A stretch of DNA of 64,000 nucleotides, taken from NCBI GenBank assembly GCA_977862235.1, contig OZ374563.1:1922001-1986000 (forward strand), written 5' to 3'. Positions within the stretch are counted from its first letter, which is position 1; each line of letters opens with the position of its first letter. Of this stretch, positions 12,301-24,529 are shown one piece after another. A program made the translations under genes and the position numbers. The notes under the pieces are model-generated. The model searched no databases and had not been told where the DNA came from. It saw only the letters and a list, made by a program, of their open reading frames with translations. The DNA comes from Dudresnaya verticillata (Eukaryota).

Positions 12301-14711
12301 AAGTCTGGACCAAGGCCGGCTTGTCCGGGGTTTACTCAGCGTCTCAGACGGAGTACCTCATATAGTACGTGAGCGAGGGCGGTGGGCGCGGTGCGCGGGA
12401 ACGCAGGACGCGTGTCGCGCCGTCGAGTGTCTGACACGTCTTCGTCGCCATGCAGCCGCGTGCGCGGGAGCTCAGGAGTAGCTTACAGGCGTGCGTGCGA
12501 GTAATGGGTGTCTTACAGGCGCATGCGTGTAGCAGTGCGGGTGATCCGGATTCGGATCCAGATCCCCGCCAGCATTGCTGGCACGCGGCCATTACAGGCG
12601 CGCTCCTTACATCACTGTGGATCCCGATGCCGGATCCCGATGTCCCATCCGGATCCGATCCGGATCCGGGCCAAGCTTACAGGCGTGCGCCTTGCGCTTT
12701 GCCGATCGGGATGATGCATCCGGATATGGCCGTACAGTGTGCGCGTGCGTCGCGCCGCGCGGGGTAACGGCGGCCGTATGCCCGTGGGCCAATCGTTCAT
12801 GACGTGTTCGCGCGCCAACGGCGGTTGACGTGCCGTCGGTAGACGTTGGCATGTAATACGCTCACAGCGAAAAAGGGGCAGCCCTCCCCTTGCAGCACAC
12901 TTCGCGCCCAACGAACAGACGAATTCTGTAAGGGTATCCGATTAGCCATCGAAGCGGGAAAACCGGGATGTTATCTGCAAGACGAACGCGGACTCCTAGT
13001 CCGAAGGTCTTACATTGACCGAGCTTTACAGGTAGTTATACCTAGAGTTCTTCAGGAGAGAGTCCTACATCTTGCGCACTACCCGGATATGGCTGGCCAT
13101 CCTGGTGGCACACGGATGTACAACAACTTGAGAAGGCAAGTGCATTGGCCAGACATGGCCCTTGCCGTTTACTCGACAGTGCGTAACTGTGTCAAGTGCG
13201 CGATGGAACGAGTCCAGTTGAGGAAACAGGCTTCGCACATCAAGTTATTTTCGGCTACTATGCCGCTCGAATTCCTAGGAATTGATATCTTGGGCCCGCT
13301 GCCGCGATCAAGCAAGGGGAACGAGTATTTTCTCGTCATCACCGATCGTTTCTCGAGACTTACACGGGTAGTCCCGTTGAAGACGGTAACGGCTTATACG
13401 GTAGCGAGAGCATTCTGCGAACAGTGGGTGTATATCTACGGGCCACCCCGTTACGTCTTGTCCGACAATGGATCGCAGTTTGCTTCCAAGTTCTTTATTG
13501 CCGTCCGTGGCATCCTCCGTATTCGGAATATGTTCACTTCTACATATCATCCGCAGACCAATGGTCAGATCGAAAGGTTCAACCGCACCCTTCTAGCAGG
13601 GTTGAGACACTTCATCGTAGATGATCAAAAAGATTGGGACGAGTTCACGTGGGCACTGACGTATGCGTAGAATACGACCGTTCACCGTGCTACGGGATTC
13701 GCGCCCGTTGATTTGGTTCTATCCACCCAACTGCTTCCGTCCTCATGGAGAAAGCTGAAACGGTCGACGTGGCTAACGTACCTGCGACTAATGTCAAGAA
13801 GCGGCTGACCGCTAGACTTGAGAAGCTGATGGATACAGCGTTGCCTCGGCTAAAATTAGCGCAACATCCCGACGAAGCTAACTTCAACAACCACATGCGT
13901 CTGAGCAATCCGAAGATACGGCCTGGAAAATGGGTCTTTCTCGAAAGAGAAACTAAGATGAAAGACGCTAGAGGCATAGCGCGAGAAGGAAAACGTTTCC
14001 CAAAGGCTCTGGGGCCTTATAAGGTCCTCGAGAGAGGAACGCACACCGTCGTGCTTGAAGTCAAGGCGGAGCGAGAGTCAATCTCGTTGGACCGCGTGAC
14101 CTTGGCACCCTCGCCAGACGAAGAGCTCGGAGCCCTAGGACAGGACTCCACGATAGTTGGTGAAGCACGAGAAGCTGGAAATCATATGCAACCACCTTCT
14201 GGGCCAGAGCCCACCGATGAATCTCCCACTGAAGCGAAGAACGCAAGATGAGGAACGCTCAAGAGAGGCCGTTGGACCCGCAAATGCGACGACTGTCCCC
14301 CCATTAATTGGAAATACTGACAATATTGATAAAACCGTGGGCCCGGTTTCTCCTAACATACCCGCTACAGAGGTACCTGTTTCCCTATCGCAAGGCGGTA
14401 TCGCCCCCTAACTCTTACAGGAGTCAAATCCGCCTGCCGCCCCGACGGCAACGCCGGCGATTGGGGATAATGTGACGGAGCCTCGCCGTACGTTTTCCCG
14501 CTATAAGAAAGCACCCCCACGTGAGTTCGTGTATGACAAAATCGTCGACTATGACGCCGATACCCATAAGTACCGTATGCGGTGGTTCCAATGCCCAGCG
14601 TCGCTAGACACCTGGGAGCCAAGGAATCACCTCCCTAAAAATTTAGTCAAACGGTATCACCGTTCCAAGAAGATCCCCCTTCCAGGAGTAACTGCCGACG
14701 CAGTGGCTTAA
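9357..14711 (+). pseudogene. pol: pol of element 1: aspartic protease, RT, RNase H, integrase, chromodomain
   Basis: Protease VLDTGAGPNL. RT ASPVVLVKKPDGSLRFCVD and YLDD (~10965-10977). RNase H DTDAFDYQIG...NYSVGEKEC. Integrase HHCC plus IDILGP/SDNGSQF/NGQIERFNRTL. Chromodomain YDKIVDYD...RWF...DTWEP (14472..14711). Confidence 0.93.
12035..12899 (-). mobile_element. Solo LTR family A, copy 2 (865 bp), opposite orientation
   Basis: Near-identical reverse complement of 7560-8424. TSD ATTCG/CTTCG. Host protein LLTIEEI|LRAQRTDEFC rejoins across it. Confidence 0.93.
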
Positions 14712-14918
14712 TCGATAGGCGAAGACGTGGAGTCTCGGGAAAACACAGCCCTAGAGCTCTATAGAAAGAGACTTTCGGCTTAGAATGGAAAATGAGGAGC
14801 CAATCTCCTGCGGCAAGGGCTGGGTTGCTTGTTTAAGCTGTCATTATATGAAGCGTGGATCACACGGAAGTTATCTGAAACCTGGAACACGTATGCTGAT
14901 GAAGAGAAGGTTGACACC

Positions 14919-17900
14919 TTGGCTATTACGACTACCTGTCGGCTCCGCTCAACGACCTTATACGGGCTCAATACCTTTGGCAGTAGTTTTCCTTCACGTG
15001 CCACGCCGTCGGCGTCTTTGAGCTTTGTCTCTCGTTGGACAAACACCCACTGTCCGCGTCTTATATTATCATGGCCAGGACGCATCCTGTTATTGAAGTT
15101 GACTTCATAGCGCTTCTGCGCCAGGCGCAAGCGAGGGAGTGCCGTCTCCACTAGCTTTTCGAGCCGGCGAGTTAGACGCTTCTTGACATTGTTAGCAGGC
15201 ACGTTTGCCGCATCGACCGTCTCGGCGCGTTCCATTAAGAGGGACGTAGGATGGTTCGACAGAACAAGATCTACAGGGGCGAACCCAGTTGCTTTGTGGA
15301 CAGCAGTGTTATAGGGGTATGTCAACGCGGGGGTAAACGCATCCCAATCAGTCTGATTCTTAGCGATAAAGTTGTTTAATCCACTCAGAAGCGTGCGTTT
15401 GAAGCGTTCAATTTGCCCGTTCGACTGGGGGTGGTAGGTTGACGTAAATAGGTTGTGGATCCGCAGAATGCTGCATACTTCCATAAACAACTTCGATGCA
15501 AATTGGGACCCGTTGTCCGAGAGTAGATATCGTGGCGGTCCATACACGTAGACCCAATGGTCACAAAAGGCCTTCACCACTGTTTAGGCCGTGATGGTCT
15601 TCAAAGGGACCGCCCGGGTAAGCTTGGAGAAGCGATCTGTAATAATGAGTAGGTACTCATTACCTTTGCCTGAACGGGGATGCGGGCCCAATATGTCAAT
15701 GCCAACGAATTCGAGAGGCATGCTTTCCGGGAATACCTTCATAAATGAAGTGTGCTTCCGCAGTTGTACTCTCTCACTGGAACAGGCCACGCAGTTGCGT
15801 ACAGTGGCGTACACCGCTAATGCCATGTCTGGCCAATATACCTGACGTCGCAGATTTTGATACATGCGCGTGCCGTCTGGATGTCCGCCCATTACGGGGT
15901 AATGAGCGAGGTGTAATGCTCGCTCCTGTAGCGTTTTGGGTATAAGCACCTGCCGTGCGCCATGAATAGGTGCTTTCCGGACAAGCAGTCCCAACGCGTC
16001 TTCGAGGTAACAACCGGGTCGGCCACCCTCGATTCCCGCTCTGATCTGCAGGCAGAAGGGGTCTGTTTTCTGCTCACGGAGGAGCTCCTCAATAGTCAAG
16101 AGTGACAGGGATTTCTCGTCCACATCGTTCTCGGCGGTCCCCAGTACTAGTTCGTCTGTAGCCGTAGGCTCGTAGAAGGGCTCGATGTCCCACGCTTCGA
16201 TTGGACCGTCTGCCCATCAGGGGGTATTTCTCCCAGAGGTTTCATCCTCGATGAGATAGCAAGGGATTTCCAGATACAGTTCACGGGTCGTATAGCCAAA
16301 AGTAGGAAGGCGTGAGACAGAGTCTGCTATTTGGTTCTTCTTACCCTTCTTGTACTGGACTGTAAAGTCGTACTCAAGTAAGCGTAAGAGCCATCTCGCT
16401 AGGTGTCCCGACGCGTCGGTCATACTCATAATCCACTTCAGTGCTTGACGATCTGTGTACAAATCGAAATGCGTTCGCTCCAAGTATGGACGTAATATCT
16501 GCACGACCCATAGGACGGCGAGACACTCTTTCTCTCCGACGGAGTAGTTCTTCTCAGCGGGCGTCAGCCGTCGACTCCAGAAACCAATGGGGTGTCTTTC
16601 CCCCTTATCGTTCATCTGCATGAGCGCACAACCTATTTGATATTCACAAGCGTCAGTGTCGACGGAGAGATTACTTCCCAGCTTTGGCAGTTGTAGGATA
16701 GGTGGGGTGATCAGCGCGCTTTTCAACAGCTCGAAAGCTTCCGTTTCCTTTTTGCCGAAGGGCGGTAGGTCAAACTCCACATCTTTCTGTAGAAACGCAT
16801 TGAGAGGAGCGGCGACTCGCGCGAAATTCGGGACGAACCTTCGGTAGACGTTACATAATCCGAGAAAGGATCTAAGTTGCGTCTGCGTTCGTGGCTCTGT
16901 AAAGCCCTCTATTGCTTGAGTGTTCTTGGTCGCAACCTCTAAGAGACCGGGGCGAATCACATGTCCAAGATAGTCGACACTCTTAGTAAAGAAGTTACAC
17001 TTCCGCAGTTTCAACGAGACGCCAACATCTTTCAGGATAGTGGGTATCTCCCTTACGTGGTCCAGATGTTACTCGAAGTTCTTCGAGAAGATAATAATAT
17101 CGTCTAGGTAGACCAAGCAGGTTTTCCACCTGAAGCCTGATAGCAAGATATCGACTGTACGCTGAAACGTCGCGGGGGCGTTACACAGCCCGAATGGCAT
17201 TCGCTTGAACTGGAAGCATCCTGCATGACATGTGAACGCAGTCTTGTGTTGGTCCTGTGGACATACTGGGATCTGCCAATATCCTGAATTACAATCCAGA
17301 GTCGTAAACAGCTGGGCATCACCCAAGGAATCGAGACATTCATCCATTCGTGGAAGTGGATAGGAATACTTAATGGGGATGGCGTTCAGCCTACAGTAGT
17401 CCACGCAGAACCGTATCGAGCCATCGGGCTTTTTGACTAAGACCACGGGACTTGCATACTCTGAACGGGCGGGTTCTATAACGCCTGCACGGAGCATCTT
17501 CTCCCCTTCCTCTTGTTCCGCCTGTCTGGCCTTTGGACCAGCGCAGTACGGTTGGGTAAACACGGGTGTCGACCCTTCCTTGAGTTCTATACGGTGTTCC
17601 GTCACCTTGATCGTTCCGAGTTGACCACTCCACATAGGGGTGAATGGATTAAGCATCTTGCGAACGCGCTTTTGATCCTCGACCTGTAGGTGTGTTAAGC
17701 CCAAATAGTCGATCGTTATCGCTTTTACAGCTTCCGTCACGCCGGGCGTCGGTGCCGACTGTTGTATTGCAGCAGCAAGCCTTGCCCACCCACATTGGGG
17801 AATGACTCGGAATGCGAGGCCGTATCAGGTGCAAGAGACGGGGCGTTCCCAAAGGACAAGCCGTACACCGACGTGCTAGAAGGCGCGGGTATCGCGCGGC

Positions 17901-18639
17901 CAAGTCGTTGGCGCTTGGTCAGCTGTTGGGGCTTCCACGAAACATCCGCAACCTTGACGTGGAACAGGCGGTTCGGTGTGATCTCGGCGATACCGTTGGA
18001 CAGGACGACTCCTTGTGTCCTATATAAAGGTTAGAAGGCGTCCATGAAGTGGGTGCCTTGAGCTGGGCATGTAGCAGCAACCCAGGTTTCCGATTCCGGA
18101 GGTAGTAGAATAGCGTGGGCGACGCGGATATGCCGCTGCACGGGGCGAGGAGGTATCTCCGTAGTTTCGGTTGGTCTGTCGGGACGTAGTGGACCACGTA
18201 GAATGGGGTGTTCCGACCCGTCACGGAGTATCACCGTTTGGTTGCGCACGCGCTGCATGTCGACGTGATTATCGATAAAGGTAAATCCTAGAATCATGTC
18301 GACCGCTAGCGCGTGCGCGACAACAAACTGTTGGCGTACCGTGTAGTTTCTAATTCAGACAAGAAGGGAGATAATTCCGAGGGTAGTTAGTTTGTCCTGG
18401 CTGGGCGACACGAGACTACATTTTGGTTGTGAGGTAGAGACCTTCTCCAAGTCTTCCTTTGACAAGACATCAGCTCTTATGAGGTTGGGACCCGCTCCAG
18501 AATCCAGTACGGACAATAAGCGAGTGCGTTTTTCAATTGACGTCCCGAAGGCCGCAGCCACTTTATAATTGTAGCGTGACAGCGCGCATACGGGATTCCT
18601 ATAATACGCTTCGAACGTACGCCCTGGAGAGAGGCCCAT
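14919..18639 (-). pseudogene. pol: pol of element 2
   Basis: LLSVLDSGAGPNL (18355..18639). RT with YLDD (17069..17740). RNase H (16217..17014). Integrase (15584..16123 and 14780..15580). Confidence 0.93.
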
Positions 18640-18784
18640 CGGGGAGCTAATGCCTTCTCGGGTAGAACGAGAGGCGTCTCGACATTCGACCGTTCCGATG
18701 AACCGGGAGTTGGCAACTCGCCAACGGGTTGCTACCCTCAGTTTTAGGATGATCGTGGGGCTCCGAGGTGGAACCCCAGTCCCC

Positions 18785-21376
18785 CTAGCCCTTTCTCGGC
18801 TCTGAGCCCGGCTTGCTAGCCGGGGAACTTAGTAAAGGGGGTGGTGGAGGAAAGTCGCGTCCGCCCATGCGAGGTGATCTGGGGGCGTGAGGCCGCGGCC
18901 TGTCGATCGGCTGGTTCAATCCCGCCTTGAAATTCACTTGGCGATTTTGATAGAACTGATTTCCCGGCCTTCTGGCGTCGTCTGGCCCTCTCCAGGTTGG
19001 AGGAGGTGACTCCTTGGCGAAACTCGGGAGACGGCATACGACGGCGAGCCAGTCTTTTTGTTGTCGCGACAGCGCATATAAATTCTGGCGCATCAGCGTG
19101 GCAAATTCCAAATTGTCCGAACAACCTAAATGAGGGCAGTTGGGCTTCTTGTGGCCCACGCCAAAGAACTCAAAGCAAATATCGTTCGGGAGATCATCGA
19201 CTGTTACCCATCCAGGGCTCTGTGTCTTGGATGGTTGTGCCCATGCAGGGAGCCTTGGATTTTGGTTAGACAGAACCGCATGAACTGCTTCATAACGGCT
19301 TCTGCCCTCACTAGGCTCTCCGGAGCAAGTATCCGTCGGTAACACCGAGGATGGACCCGCATCGCGTCCGAACGCAGCAAATGCCTGCCCGTTGGCATCT
19401 GAGTCACTACTCGAAGCGTCGCTGTCCTAATAGGAGTGGGAAGGTACTCGAGCGATCGGCTGCCCTTGTCGAACCAGAAGCGTTCGGCTAGACTTGCCAA
19501 GGGCGGCGAGAGTCGTCAGCTTCTTTCGGGGCTGCAGCCCGGGGGACTTCTCCTTCCTTCGACTGGCTCCGACGAGCGCGCGGTGGGAATCCCCTTGGGC
19601 GGTGGCTAACTCCACGTAATCCGCGAGTCGGGCCGTTGCCGGGTCCAGTGAAGTGGTACTCAGCAATGACTGGACTGCGGGTAGCAACCAGCGGATGAAC
19701 CGTGTTATGCGTTCATGCTCCGTGTACATTCCGGCGACTTTTCGCGCGTTATTTTGGAGCCTCCTTGGGAATGATACCTCATCCTCGCCGGGCTCCTGGG
19801 ACATGCGGTCCATCTCGGCAGCTATGCGTTCGATGTGCACGTCCTTCGCGAAGCTTCGCAGCAAAACGTTCACTGCCTCCAGCCATTCGGCTAATCCCCC
19901 ATTATCGTCGCCCGCGACGTCGAAGTTCGCCTCCAAGAGATCTTTGGCGTCCTTCTCAAAAAACGCCGGCATCACTAGGATCGCGGCTCCCTCGCTGACA
20001 TGCGCTTGGTCTAATAGACGCTTCAGCGTGGGTAGGAAGCCGATGATTGATGCTGGGTCGCTACCATCGAAGCGTCGACTGCGCATCGCGGACTTGATCC
20101 GTTTAATCTTTCGGGACGTCGATTCCGTTACCTCGGGTCCCCGGTACGGATCAAGGTTTAGCAACCGGTATCGTCGATACGAAAGCACGTTAGCGAACGC
20201 TGGGTTCCGTGGTACCAACTCCTTTAGGCCTAACCGGCGTGGTCCTATCCAAGAAGACCTTAGCTGGCTTCGGGAGTCCGCTCCGTATGCCCCCTCCGGC
20301 TCGGCGTCACGATGCGAGGACAACCATTGCTTGCTGTCAGCTTGTCGGCCATGCGGCGTTACGGGTCGCGACCGATAATCTCGTGACGGGGAGCCGTGCC
20401 GATATCCACCTTGACTTCGTCCCATACATGGTTTATCGCCATGTCTGGAACTGCAGGGGCACTGACTGTGCGTGTCCGGCTGTCTAGGAGGATACCTCTC
20501 CTCTCGGTGGTACGGGTCGTCACCCCTTCTTCCATCCGGATGCGGCGAAAGTCGGTGTCGGTTGTGTGTCCCTCGCGGGACAGGAGACCGACGTCGCTGG
20601 ATTTATGGGGATCCATCCCGTTCACGCATCAATCGCCTGACGCGAGCATCCAAGGTCGCGACTCTTCGCCTTTCCTCATCGAGTTCCTTACGGAGGCGTT
20701 CGATGGCTTCATTCTGTTCTGCGCATCGTGCGCCGTCTGCGTTATGATCAACGCCTGTTAATACCACAAGGGTGTCGTTCCTCGACTGGTCAACTTCTCG
20801 AGAAAGCGTTCCCACGGTATCGTGGACTTCCTCGACACGCTTGACTAGCGAATTAATTCGAACGCGAAGCGTCGCGAGTCCTTCCTCTTGCGGGATGCCG
20901 GGGTTGCCAAGACGAATTCGAGACGTGATCTCCACTTGACGTCTGGTCAGCACTTCCTCATTCTGTCGAACGGCCGACTCATCGATATAACGTTTGGTTC
21001 TCGAGAGTGACTCATCCTCCTGGACTTCTAAAGCTGCTGCCAGCTCGGGACCGACTGTCCGTTCTAGTAGAACGGATGATCCAAGATGGAATAGTATTCC
21101 ATCTTGGATCATCCTTCCGATCTCTCGCTCCGTGGAGCACCGTTCGTCGGAATAATTAGCCATCGTCCGGATAGACACCCCAATGTCCGTGGGAAGGCTT
21201 GACTCGATCGGAGTGAATGCTCGGGTATTTACCGATGGCGGCAACATGCCCGTAGACCCACGCGTTCTGGGATTGCGATCCATACTTTCACTCGAGACTT
21301 TCGTATATACTCGAGGTGTAGGGGTTGCAACCCGTTCTTCTTCGATCAAGTCCTGGTCTCCGCCGGAGCCAGGCAA
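18785..21376 (-). pseudogene. gag: gag of element 2
   Basis: ORFs 20603..21376, 19427..20425 and 18785..19345 are collinear with element 1 gag. Knuckle is degenerate (DICFEFFGVGHKKPNC). Confidence 0.85.
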
Positions 21377-21892
21377 TTCTTCTTGAACTACCCGATCCGA
21401 TAACTCCTGTTATTCAGGGACGCTTCCCGCTTGATCAGGGGGAGGCCGTCCCAGGATACCCGCTGAGGGGCTGCGAACTAAGGCGGTAGCTGCCGTAGTT
21501 GCAAGGGTGGTCACCCCGGTCGGCCGGACGGAAGATGGACTCGCCGTTCGGCTGTTAGTGCGACGGTCTGTAAGGCCAGGTCGCGTGGTGTCGCCATTTG
21601 AAGTAGGCATGGCGCCTGAGTACACTTACTCGCCCGTTGTCGGCTTGATAGCTGCCCGTGGGAGTATACCGTTCAGGACGGACAGCTGAACGAGCTGTAG
21701 CTTTCGGAAGTGCCGGCGAGGGTGGGGGACAGTTTTCCCCAGGCTCCCACCGTACAGTGCGTACTTCTCTGTTGTTACGTCTTGAACTTGACGCTTCTTC
21801 GGGGAATCGTCCCGTGGTTGAAGTGGTTGAGACCAGAAAGTTGAAAAGATTGTAGCAACAATGGAAGGGAACCGACCTAGGAAACGATTCTA

Positions 21893-21905
21893 GGTCGGTG
21901 GACCA
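21893..21905 (-). promoter_or_regulatory. Primer binding site of element 2 (TGGTCCACCGACC)
   Basis: One base after the LTR end ...CTGCTACA on the minus strand. Confidence 0.7.
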
Positions 21906-21906
21906 C

Positions 21907-22697
21907 TGTAGCAGTATGGCACCGGCCAGGAACGGCAAAGAACAGAAAACGACAGCTGTCCGGTATCACACGCTAATGGGTGGTAGCTCGAATGAGGTTT
22001 GGTAGAGGCTTGAAAGGGGGCGAGCCCTGATGGCCCGAAAGGGGGTTGCGGAAACACGGCAAAGACTCGGCGCGACCGACTGAGGGAAAATATAGAGGTT
22101 GCGACCCGGTATTTCGTAGAGTACTTGTCGTACGAGTTCTGGGCCTGTACTGGGCGACCCCTGCAGACGCGGAACGTCCGAACGACCAAAAGGTGAACAC
22201 TTTCCGAACAAGTCCGCTGAGTGTTTATTCTGAGGGCGCCGGCTATTCCGGTGCCCAGAAGTAGGGCGTGACAGCCGAAAAGTCTATCAGCCCGGTAGGG
22301 GGGTCTAAGTTGGTCTATGATTATAGTTACGTAGGTTAGTACAGTCAGTACAACTTAAAGGTGGGAATGCGTTCCAGTTAGGGGACTTGGTGGCGGATGC
22401 GCCGGTGCTCAAGCTGGGGTCTCGGCTGCATTGTCGATAACCTGAGCGCGGGAGCGCTCCTCGTCCACGAGTAGGAGTGCAGCGGCGCGTCATATATCAG
22501 CCAATACAAGGTGTCCAATTGGCGTCATTATAACGCCACGTGTAAGCCACGTGTACAGCGGTAAGGCCACGTGTACACACGTGTCGTCCACGTACACACT
22601 GATGAAAGGACAGCTGTCCTCATTAAGAGACAGTCTGTCCCGCGAAAAGAAGTGCGCTCCTGTAAGCACTTCTTCTGACAGCACCCATTCTGCTACA
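21907..22697 (-). repeat. 5' LTR of element 2 (791 bp)
   Basis: TGTAGCAG...CTGCTACA 8-bp inverted termini, adjacent to the PBS. Confidence 0.85.
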
Positions 22698-23348
22698 GTT
22701 GGCAGAGACTTGAGGGAAGAGGGGAAAAGGCTAGCGTGCCTGAAAGAAGGGGAAAATGGCAGCGCCACCCTAACGCTCGTAGAGTACAAAGCCGTACGAG
22801 GCTAAAGCTTGTAAAGAACCTGAAATGGGGAATATGGTGAGCCCGTGTAGACCAAAGAAAGGGTACAGACCCGAAACCCACCGTTTTGTTCTACTCAGCG
22901 GACCCCTGCTAGTCAGGGGCGCAATAAATATGACGAAGGCCGAAAGCGCCTTCGCCGCTATTCCTGTTCTAAGCTATCGTAGTTACCGTTAATAATTACA
23001 ATGAGGTAGTGAGCGGTCGTACTCCGCCCTGCGCACGTAGGGTTCTCATGACTCGGGCGCGCTCCTGCGCGGAAGGCCATGATAAATCAGCCAATCACGG
23101 CCAGCCATCTCATTTTGCATCGGTCTGTTCCCAGAAATACCAGACAGAGTGGCCAGCAATGCATTGGGCCTTACAGCGCACTAGCACGTGCAGCGCATTA
23201 CAGGCGCGAGCCACGCTCTAAATCTGAGAGACCCGCGAAGTCAGCAAGGCTGTTTCCATTGGCCCGGTTGGGGCCCACACACAGTGGACGTCCCAAACGG
23301 CCCGTTGAGGGCGGGTGTAACCGCCTCCAAAACACCCGTCTCGCGACG
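22698..23348 (-). mobile_element. Older LTR (related to the element 1 LTR) interrupted by element 2
   Basis: The reverse complement of 22700-22960 aligns with ~4870-5120 (TATTTATTG...CCCCTG..., CAAGTCTCT). It stops abruptly at the element 2 LTR boundary. Far end approximate. Confidence 0.7.
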
Positions 23349-23547
23349 TCCGCGTGGCGACAAATCATCGTACGCCCATACGGCGTCGGGTGTCCCGTCT
23401 CGACGGGCATCGAGTATCGCTTTCGCGCGAAAGCATCGAACGGCTGGTTATTTCAAGCGCTATTCGGCGCGTTCCCAGTAGACCTTCTCGCCCATCTCGG
23501 TACAGTGCGCACCTCAATTCCCTTAGAGTCTGCCGCCGCTGCGTGCC

Positions 23548-24241
23548 TGTGGTGAAGTGAGCCGTGGCGCGCATGCTGCGCACCGACGGAGAGCCAACCG
23601 TAACGGATGATGTGGCAATACGCCACGCTGATGATCTGGCAACGTGTAACCTTGTCGGTTGTGTGCGCATTACTGTGCACTGGTACGCATCGCTGTACTG
23701 TAAGTGGAGCGCACCAACCGTAGCGGAGTATTTGTGGTATTTATTCATTATTTTTAGTGAGTATCTGTACAGTTTGTATAGTAGTGCGCCAGCTAATGAG
23801 ATTGCTGCGCATGTCCGCGTCGGAGATTGGAATCAGCAGGGCCGATTCCACCATAGGACCAGACCAGTAGGGTCTGGTCCCCACGGACTGCACCGCTCGG
23901 TGGCACCCTGACTTGTATATCAGGGCGGCACCACAGCGGCTCCTAGGGTAAACGGGCAAGCAACCCTTGAGCCTCAATCCCACAGTAGCTCTTTCCTTTG
24001 CGGTTTTCCCCGCGCCGAGCCCGTTGCGGTCTACCACCACCACCGTTACGGAGTCCGTCCCGGCACTTGTACCACCCCCTTGTCTGTTGCTTCCCAATAT
24101 CCGTTTCGTTTAGCCGCTCGCTGTTCTCCCGTCTCGGTCGAACTGATCTACCATCCCGTAGAGGTAGTGTCGCTCTTGTCCCGTGTAGGAAAGTCAGTCC
24201 AGCTGTCCGTTACGGAGTTAGTGGGTTTTCACTCCACCACA
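23548..24241 (+). mobile_element. Solo LTR family B, copy 1 (694 bp)
   Basis: TGTGGTG...CACCACA termini. Perfect TSD GTGCC/GTGCC. Homologous to 43957-44631. Confidence 0.9.
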
Positions 24242-24529
24242 GTGCCCTCGTTTCCGTCCGGCTTGGCTTGCGTCGTTTGCAGCGCCGCTGATGCTTCCTC
24301 TGCCCTTGGGTTCGTCGCGTCGTTGCGCTGTGCTTCCACCAGGACGTTCATCCCACCGGCGTAGCCGTCCGTGGATTTGCAGCGAGTATCGCTTGCCCGT
24401 GGGGTGCAGCGTATCCCGAAGCCTCGTTTTGGCGCAAGAAGATCTTCTTTAGACGGTTCAGAGAGCCCAACGGGCCCCAAGTGAACAAGTCGAGCAAGAA
24501 GGCCTCTTCGTGGAGCAAGAGCAGAGAGG

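Larger units (their letters stand above)
4497..14750 (+). mobile_element. Ty3/Gypsy chromodomain-type LTR retrotransposon, element 1 (decayed, 3' LTR missing, two nested solo LTRs)
   Basis: Order is LTR, PBS, gag, protease, RT, RNase H, integrase, chromodomain (Gypsy order). Many stops and frameshifts. No PPT or 3' LTR seen after 14711. Confidence 0.92.
14919..22697 (-). mobile_element. Ty3/Gypsy element 2 (decayed, 3' truncated inside the integrase tail)
   Basis: LTR 22697-21907, PBS, gag 21376-18785, protease, RT, RNase H, integrase. Homology to element 1 integrase stops at about RQVVVIAK (~14919). Confidence 0.92.

Noticed and set aside
7560..12899. 865-bp inverted repeats as TIRs of a composite transposon or a DIRS-like element
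   Set aside because: Each repeat has its own 5-bp TSD and TG..CA ends, and the interior is collinear with the host Gypsy gag-pol.
22598..22650. Hammerhead ribozyme (CTGATGA followed by the hairpin AGGACAGCTGTCCT)
   Set aside because: No GAAA directly after stem II, and no stems I or III found.
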